From Antechinus flavipes (lineage: Eukaryota): a DNA stretch of 64,000 nucleotides. How positions within the stretch are numbered: the stretch's first letter is position 1; each line of letters begins with the position of its first letter. Where the stretch lies: assembly GCF_016432865.1 (NCBI RefSeq), contig NC_067399.1, positions 640,832,001 through 640,896,000 of the forward strand, written 5' to 3'. The notes beneath the pieces were generated by a model that was not told where the DNA came from, made no database searches, and saw only the letters and a list, made by a program, of their open reading frames with translations. Shown here piece by piece: positions 55,911 through 64,000 of the stretch. The translations under genes were made by a program, and so were the position numbers.

Positions 55911-56583
55911 TTTTAATAAAATGATGAGAGCAAGAGAGATCTTTAATAAAATGACAGAGTTGGACTAGATGGTCCATCATGATACATCCACTGTTCTTTG
56001 AATCTTAGGTTTTCTCCCCTTTTTCATCAAATCTCACTTATTCCACCACAATCCAGCAACCTAAACACCAGCTCCTCCCCATCTTACCTCTAAGTGCCAG
56101 TGTACAGAAATACACCCAGCTACAACACATGTGTGCTTATTGAGAAGGGGGAAGCCTTCAGAGGTGATTTTCAAGCATTTCTACAGTCTCTTAGCTCACA
56201 CCAGAAGTTGCACAGCTCATCTCCTGAGTTTGGAAAACCCTTCTTCCTCATCTTTGCCTTGTAGAGTCCCCTGTTTCCTTCTAACCACAGGGCAGATGCT
56301 TCTTCCTCCAGGAAGACTTTCCCAATCTCCCCAATTATCTGTGCTCTTGTCACTTCCCAAATTATAGTTAGTTACCATTTATCTTGTATCTATGTATACA
56401 TATTGTTTCTCCCCAGCAGAGATGTAAGCTGCTTTAAAAAACCAGATCCATTTTGCCCCCACTACGTAGCACAGCACTTGGCACATAGTAGGCATTCAGT
56501 TGTTGAACAGAATTTAATCTCTTCTGACTAGGGGCTTCCAAATGTCCGGTATGTGTTTTCTACTTCAATACAAGGGGATTCTT

Positions 56584-57145
56584 GGGCCCATCAGCACCAT
56601 TACTGGGTCTGTATCCCAAGGAAATCATAAAGGAAGGAAAAGGACCCACTTGTGCAAAAATGTTTGTAGCAGCTCTTTTTGTGATAGCAAAGAATTGGTA
56701 AATGAGTAGATGCCATCAGTTGGGGAATGGCTGAACAAGTGGTATATGAAGGTAATGGAATATTATTGTTCTATAAAAAATGAACAAGCTGATTACAGAA
56801 AGGCCTGGAAGAGTTTTCATGAACTGATGCTGAGCAAACGAGTAGAATCAGGAATACGTTGTATACAGTAACAGCAAGATTATGCGATAATCAACTATGA
56901 AAGGCTTGGTTCTTCTCAGTGATTCAGGGCAATCCCAATAGACTTTAGATAGAAAATGCCACCTGCATCCAGAAAAAAAGAACTATGGAGATTGAATGTA
57001 AATCAACACATGATATGTCCATTATTTGTTTCTGTTTTTTTTTTTTTTCTCTCTCATGGTTTTTCCTTTTTGTTCTGATTTTTCTCTCCCAACATGATTC
57101 ATAAAGAAAAGTGTATTTTAAAAAGTTAACAAAAAAAAAAAAAAC
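56584..57145 (+). mobile_element. L1 fragment (ORF2 C-terminus, 3' UTR, A-tail)
   Basis: Translates as LGLYPKEIIKEGKGPTCAKMFVAALFVIAKNW, then a 3' UTR and an A-tract. Confidence 0.85.
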
Positions 57146-57171
57146 TTAAAAATGCAGGGGGATTCTCTAAG

Positions 57172-57366
57172 CAAGGATTCTTAACCTGGGATCTGTGAAA
57201 TTTTGTATTTAAAAACAAACATCTTTTTGATAACTATCTCAATATAACTGGTTTCCTTTTTAAATTATATGAATTTTATTTTGTGCATTTAAAAGCATGA
57301 TTTTGAGAAGAGATCTATAGGCTTCCCCAGTCTGCCAAAGGGGTTCATAAGTTTAAGAACACCCTA
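57172..57366. mobile_element. hAT-Charlie/MER5-like MITE
   Basis: Imperfect terminal inverted repeats: caaggattcttaacc ... gtttaagaacaccct. Confidence 0.6.
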
Positions 57367-58487
57367 GTTAAGAGCTGGAGTGTGTGACCCACCAGGCTTC
57401 CTCCATTTCCTCTTACACAAGTGGCCTGGAGACATCAATCCCCTGTATTAATCAAACTTAACACTTGTAGAATTCTGAGCCCTTTACATTCTCCCACCCT
57501 ATAGCCCTCTCCTCCCTGCCTTCTGCCTATGACCACCTACCTCTTTCTAGCCCCCCCCCCCCCCATCTCCATTTTGCTCATTCCTCCACATGCCTCTATT
57601 CTGACTACCCCTGGATTTCCTGCTCACCTGTTGAATGGGTACCTCCATTCTTTGTCTTGAAGGAGCTGGTATGGAAATCACTTATACTCCATTCTGCTCA
57701 TTCAGCCCAAGTCCCATGAAGTTCCATCCCCCACATGACGTCTTTTAAGCCAGTTGGTATTGAATAAATATTTAGGACTGGCTTGATGATTGATAGAGCT
57801 GTTGATAATTGACAAGCTGTAAATCAGTACATGAGAAGGACAAATGAGTGAGGACTCAATATCTTGCAAGACTCTAAACTCCAGGCTGTCACCCATTCCT
57901 CCTTAGATCCTACCTCTAACAAGGCCCTGAATTTTCTGGGGCAGCAGTTTCTGAACTCAACCTTGCATGCAAGATAGCTCTGATATATGCTCCTGTGGTA
58001 GCTGCCTTAGAAGAGAAGTCATCTGCAGGGACCCTGGACTTTTCATGGGATGCATCTTATCTCAGAAAAGGAAGGGAACTTTAAAATGCTACCACTTGGC
58101 ATTTAAAGTCTTTCTGCCTTTCTAGCCACATGTGCCGTTGTTTTTCTTCTTATTACTAAAAAGCAGGATGATGTTGTATACAGAATTGGCTCTGGTGTTA
58201 TGAAGAACTTGAGGATCTGCCTTTGACATTGTTTTAGGCTCAAATCTTCCAGAAACAACTTTGGTTTAACATTAATACAAATTCAGAGAGATGTCCAAAT
58301 TGGCATAATCCCTCTTGCCCTCCCAGAGAGACATGACTTTGTTCCTTTAACATTTATAGGTATAAAAGAAAGAAAACCAAGAAAATCCAATTTGACAACC
58401 TACCTGGTCCTCTAATATCTTTCTAGTATTTTAACATTTTACTCCTCCCTATACACCTTGGAATCTGGAATAATAAAACTACTAGGA

Positions 58488-58824
58488 TGTGATGACCACA
58501 TTAGCACCCTGGATACTTTAAAATCAGCCAGAGTCAAGATAAGCAAAAGTCCTTGATTTTTATTCTTTATCGAAGGGAGAGGAGAGCTGGTGGACACAGG
58601 AATCTCCTCTTTCTTGTACCACTCAGAGTCACCTGGCTCGTCCTCCTCCAGATCTCTCTATAGGCCAACAGATCCAGCTAGCACAGAATGGTGGGGAGCA
58701 AATGCTAATAGAGTATTGTCCAATTGGTAATTAGCCTTAAGTGCTTAGTTATCCAAGTGCATCTGCTCAGAGATTCTGCTCTTTTCACTAGGATAGATGC
58801 TAGAAGTGTTAAAACTCAGTAACA
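58488..58824 (-). mobile_element. Reverse-oriented solo LTR candidate
   Basis: TGT...ACA ends and a minus-strand AATAAA at 58559-58564; no TSD found. Confidence 0.4.
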
Positions 58825-59989
58825 CCAGTCTATGCTGTTCCTCATAGAAGACACGAAATGTTCTAACTCTGACTTAGCATTTTCACCTTCCACCCCTCAC
58901 CCCTGGAATTCTCTTCCTCCTCATCTCTGCTTTCTGGATTCTTCCAAAACTCAGGTAAAAGCCTTTCTTGACCTGCAATACTACTGCCTTTCCTCTGTTA
59001 TCTCCACTTTTTCCTGTAAATATCTTGTTTGAGCGGGGTATGCTGTCTCCCCCATGAGGCCGTGAGCTAATCACACCTAATTATGTGTGTGTGGTGTGTT
59101 GATGATAGAGTGGGACTTTTCCTCCTTTTGGGGGAGGGATTGCTTTTCTTTGTATCCCCAATACCAAACACCATGTTGTTTTTTAAATTTATAATAATAA
59201 AAATAAATTTGTAATATTTATGATTTTAATCTTTGCTGACTTGACTTTTTCCTGGCTCTGCCAACGATTTGTGTAGGCCCTTCTCTGGACCTGTTTCCTC
59301 ACCTGCCAAAGGCAGGTGGCCACGAGTGAACGAAATTGATATCCGGGTGAGTCAGACTGTAAAACACGAGCCACATATATACCCCAAGAAATGTTAAAGT
59401 TGCTCAATTTAAAAAACCACCCAGTTTTTTCCCACCCTAGTTTCCCTTCTCCGCGAAACATGCATAATCAGTCGGCTGCTTCTGCAACTTCAGCTCTTGT
59501 GAAGTCACACCAGAGCCACAGGAGGAACTTGGGTTTGGTTAGAGATTTCCCCAGGAAGGAAAGGGAGCAGACAGCACCTCCCCCCACTCTTGCACCATTT
59601 AAAAAGCTGCGATGGACACGCTCCTAATACCACAATAATAATAATAGCTTTCAGGTTCGCAAAGTTCTTCTGATCTTACAATAACCTGCGAGGAAGGCGC
59701 TTTTCTGACAGCTTGAGGAAACCAAAGCAGGGAAAGGGCAAGTGCAGGGTCGCACAGCCACCGCGTAGCTAAAGCTGAATTTGAACTCTGAGCTTCCAGA
59801 ATCCACTGGCAGCGCTTGAGTCACCTACAGGGAAGGAAGGATGGTTCCTATCCTTCTTTAGGAAGAGGGCTGAAAACAAGGGATAAAGAAGGATTCCACT
59901 CTTCCCCAGACCCATGTGCTCATCCCCATTTTACAGATGGAAAAGTCGAGGCTCGGAGGTCACACGTCTAGGGAAGGCGTTAGAATGCG

Positions 59990-60520
59990 GATGCAGTCCG
60001 GAGCTACGGAGCAGAAGTCACAAAACCTGTGGGGAAGGGGGGGGAGGGAAAAGAAGAAGGAGGCACTGCGCAGACGCGGAACACCCGCCTATAGTAGGGA
60101 GGGCCCAGCCGAACGCTGTGATGCCACAAAGCCCGCCCCCTTTGCTGCTGCTCGCGCTTGCGCAGGCGTGACTTCCTCCCGGAAGTGGCGGGTCTCCGCG
60201 GAGAGAGCGGCAGAGTCCGAGTGCCTGGGCGGTCGTAGCGCCTGCTGAGCTAGTGGGCTCCCGCCCTCCCTTCCCCCACCCCTCCCACCATGTCTGCCTT
60301 CGACACCAACCCCTTCGCGGACCCGGTGGACGTGAACCCTTTCCAGGTATGGGGCATTGCCGCCGTCCCGAGAAGCTGGGGGGCTGCGGCCCGGGCCATC
60401 TCCGGGAGACGTGGCGCCCTAGTGACGGGCTCCGCACCCAATGAGCGAACCGGGAGCCCGAGGTTTGGCCAATCAGGGGTTGGAGGGCGGGACCAGCAAC
60501 AGGTGGAACGGCGGCGGAGA
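59990..60520 (+). promoter_or_regulatory. SCAMP2: SCAMP2 CpG-island promoter
   Basis: GC box 60131-60140; NRF-1-like TGCGCAGGCG 60159-60168; paired ETS/GABP cores ACTTCC 60171-60176 and CCGGAAGTG 60179-60187. Confidence 0.8.
60290..60346 (+). CDS. SCAMP2: SCAMP2 coding exon 1 (gene continues beyond the window)
   Basis: Kozak ccaccATGT; encodes MSAFDTNPFADPVDVNPFQ with two NPF motifs; donor CAG|GTATGG; expected neighbour of MPI. I found no exon 2 in the remaining 3.6 kb. Confidence 0.95.
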
Positions 60521-60635
60521 GACGAGATTGGGGAGGGGAAGGAAGAAGGAGGAGGAATAACAAAAGTGCTTGGGAGGGGGACGAGAATGGTTCCCAGTTT
60601 GGGGGCGGGGCAGTGATAGTACTTTTTACAATACA

Positions 60636-61520
60636 AGGGGGTGGGGCAGGGAAAGTGGTTGCAAATGCTGTGGGGCCGCTAAGGAGTTGTGAATAAGGGC
60701 AAGGGGCAGGAAAAGTGGTTGTAAATGAGGGGGAAGAAGGAGCTCAGTATCGGCAAATGAGGAGGAGGAGCAGGAACTGTAGTAGTAAACAAGGGGGAGG
60801 GACAGGAAAAGTGTGTGTAAACTGGGGAAAGGCAGGGAACGTGTAAATCTGGGGAGGGAGCTAGGACTGTGTGCAAATGAGGGGAAGGGGACAGCTGAGT
60901 AGTTGTCCTTAAGGAGAAGGAGCAGGGGCTGTAAATAAGGGGGAGGGACAGGGAAAGTGGTAAACTGTAAACCAGGGGAAGGGGCAGTTAACATTGTGAA
61001 TGAGGGGAAGGGGCTAGGGAAGTGGTTGAAAATGAGTGAAAAAGGACAATTAAATAGTTATAAATAAGGGGAAGGGGCAGGAAAAATGGTTGCAAATGAG
61101 GGAAGGGGCAGGCAGAATGGTTGTAAATAAGGGAGAAGAGCAGGGAAAGTTAATTGTAAATAAAGGGGAAGGGACGGAGAAAGTGGTTGTAAATTTGGGG
61201 AGGAGACCTGGCAAATGTGGAGGGGCAGGAAAAGTGGCTGTATGGGGGGAGGGGGAAAGAGGCAGGGAAAGTGTAAGAGAAAGAGCTGGAGTTGAAGAGA
61301 ATTGATGAAGATAGTTTAAGGAGGCTCTGATGGAAAAGGATCAGGGAAGGTAGGGGAAGAGGAAAAATAGCTGTATATGTAAAGGTCAAAGGGGGATGAG
61401 AGCAGGAGAGGTGATTCTAAAGGACTTGGAGAGAGCAGGGAAAGTAGATGTGTGTAAGAGAGTAAAAGGAGGGAGCAGAGTGACAGTGGTTGCAAGGAAA
61501 ATGGGCAGAAAGGAAAAGTG
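60636..61520. repeat. Degenerate ~30-bp purine-rich minisatellite in SCAMP2 intron 1
   Basis: Repeating GGGGAAGGGGCAGG(A/G)AAAGTGGTTGTAAAT(A/G)A-like units, roughly 25 by eye. Confidence 0.8.
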
Positions 61521-63329
61521 GTTGTAAGAGGAAGAGGCCCTGAAGGGGAATGGATAAGGAAAGTAGATACTGGGTGAGGAAGGAAGAGGAGCAAGGTCTT
61601 TTACTAAAGGGAAGGGGAAGGTAACTAACTAATGAGGGCCTTGTAGTGTTGTTTGGTAAACAGCTGAGACTCCCTTCCTCTCCCCCCCCCCCCCCCTTTC
61701 CTCCTTGGACATTGTGAAGGGAAATAGATAAAGAAAGGCTTGACTTCTGTCTATAGAGAATATTCTTCTTCCCAGACTGGTTGGGGAAATACACACCTAA
61801 CCCCATCCTTATCTTAAGGAAGAAATGTTGGGAATTGAAGGGCAGAAATGGTGAGATTACGCTCAAACACAGACATGAAATCCAAGGCTTCCAACTTCAT
61901 AGATTTGTAGTGTCTCTGCTGAATTTTGTACCTGTGGAATTAAGAGGTGGGAAGGGGTTATGGTTGTCTTTACACTATCCAAGTGGAATTAGGGAGGGAA
62001 GGGGAGAAGAGGAAGCCTGACCTGTTGGAACAATCGTTAGAGGTCTTCCTTTGAAGTCTGGAGAGGTCTTGTCAGAGTGTGGGGATTCTTGAGGTACAAG
62101 CTGGATTCCAAGACCTCTGTTCTGATCTTAACCTGTTATTTAATAGCTATGTGCCCTAAAGCAAGTTCCCCTGCCCCACCCCCACCTCCACTCTCTTGGA
62201 CCTAGTTTCCTCATCAGTGGACTACATGACGGGGCAACCCCTTTCAGCCCTAATGTGGTAGCTTTGGGATTCTGAAGTAAGATGTACTTGCTTCACAGAA
62301 GGGATAAAGTGTTCCTAAGTAAGAGGAACATCTTCTTTGAAAATGCTTGACCTGGGCCATTTAAACTGGGGTCAGGGTCACACCAGATTTGCTTGGCTAG
62401 TGGGGAGTTTGGCCAGAATCAGGATTAAGGAGACAGAACTGTAGGAATTTGACAGATGGTCTTGAAGCTTACGCCTACAATTTACCTGGAGGTAGCCTGA
62501 TCAGGATGGTGGCAAAGGGGACAACCTCGTGAGCTGGAATTTCCTCTCAACTAAAGTATTTTAGGTATGAATAATGGTTGTTCATTATTAGCAAACTAAA
62601 ACCTTCCTTTTCTTTGCTGTTTAGAACCTTCTTTTGAACTGACTGAGCACAGAAGGGCAAAACTTGGTGGCCTCAAAGCCTACCCCAGTGCTTTGGACTT
62701 AATAAGTGTTTATTAAGTGTCTTTGGAATGGAATAGGAAGAAAGATTTGAACCAGTATCCAAATAATTGCTTATAGCCCTAGCTATAACCTACTTGTCCA
62801 AAAGGGATCTTTGTGGGCTGGAACCTGGGTTGACAAAGCTTCTTTTGGGACCAGTAGCTAAGGACTTAATTTGTCCATATGGCCTATGTTGATTGATTGT
62901 TCATTTATCTTAAGTTTCCTGCAGACTTTGCAGGACTCATTGTGTTGGTTCACAGGACTTTCCTCCTTTAGGTAGACATGAAGTGGCCTTCTGATTTAAG
63001 GAGGTAATAATAGGGAAGGCAGTAGAACTGTTGCTGATGTCCTGAATCCTTCCTGCAACTCAGCATGCCCTATGTACTTATTTCCCTCATTTCAGTTTCC
63101 AAGAATATCAAGTAATTATGTGATCCAAAGATACTCTAATGTGTGAATGTGAATGAAAGTCCTTGCTGCTGCTTCTGACCATGGGAGACTTAGCCAGTGG
63201 GAGGACACTCAAGTGTATATCATGACATGACTAGATTAGCTGTTTCCAGATCTTTCCAAGTGACAATCATAAATAAACTGCATTTTCATTGCTTATGAAA
63301 AGGGGGAGAAGCCTAGAAGCTAAAGAATG

Positions 63330-63510
63330 CTAAAGGAACCAGCCCTGCTGTCAGGAAGATCCAAATTCAAATCTGGCCCCAGATACTCGGTAGCTTTGTT
63401 ATTCTGGGCAAATTTCTTAATCTCTGATTGCCTTAGTTTCCTCATCTGTAAATTGAGCTGGAGAAGGAAATGGCCAACCACACCAGTATCTTTGCCAAGA
63501 AATACTAAGA
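63330..63510 (+). mobile_element. MAR1-type CORE-SINE
   Basis: caggaagatccaaattcaaatctggc...ctcatctgtaaattgagctggagaaggaaatggccaaccac. Confidence 0.8.
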
Positions 63511-64000
63511 AATGCAAAGTACATAAAACATTCAGTACCTTGCAGCATAAGGTTATTTTCTGACATCTTATAGGAAATTTGTCTCCTAACCAAGAGCCAG
63601 TAAAATGGTTGATTTAAATGTATGTTCCACCCATTATTGCTTCTTACTGTAATTATCAGACTATAATAGAAGAATAAAAGTTGAGTTGGGTTTTACTGAA
63701 TTTGTGGGAGACTAGGGTGGACAGGACAAAAGTTTACTTTTTTTTGGTCCTGTTGGGTCTAGAAGCAAGTGATTCCTTGATGTTCACCAGCCAGAACAGC
63801 CAGCTGTCCAAAGATGCCAAGGGATTATTTCCAGCCTTGGAGCTGGACAAGATGAGGAGCCTGAAGTCTGCTCCTTTTTCTTAGCAGTGCTTTGGAGGCA
63901 TTATTCCAGGATCTCTAATGATGTGTCTATTCTCCAATCCCAGAAATGATGCTAACCACTCTGGAGGCTGCTTCTGCATTCAAGTGAAATATGGCACCAT

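Noticed and set aside
60636-61520. Repeat array as CRISPR-like
   Set aside because: Eukaryotic intron, degenerate head-to-tail units without unique spacers, and no cas genes.

Overview
Vertebrate (marsupial) genomic DNA. The taxon is inferred from the repeats: CORE-SINEs of the MAR1 and WSINE type, RTE fragments and a young marsupial-type L1 3' end; it looks dasyurid-like, but I cannot confirm the species. There is one 399-nt assembly gap (5870-6268). The window holds the conserved block COX5A (+, CDS complete, 7636-19162), FAM219B (+, complete, 29794-36341), MPI (-, complete, 51270-40362) and the first coding exon of SCAMP2 (+, 60290-60346), the same gene order as human 15q24. All exons were placed by reading splice sites and reading frame by hand. 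Each gene has a CpG-island promoter, and the rest is mostly nested LTR, L1, L2 and SINE remnants. The most unusual signals are: (1) an 83-bp TSD-flanked insertion at 27259-27341 built from exact copies of two local sequences (24708-24758 inverted, and 28837-28872), which looks like L1-mediated copying of two neighbouring transcripts; (2) a probable Ty3/Gypsy gag N-terminal fossil upstream of MPI; (3) an extra, probably ancestral, intron plus a GC-AG intron and a NAGNAG acceptor in FAM219B; (4) a near-perfect 290-bp tandem duplication across an L1 junction; (5) likely overlapping FAM219B/MPI 3' ends. Comparisons with human, bovine or yeast proteins and exon sizes are from memory and need database confirmation.
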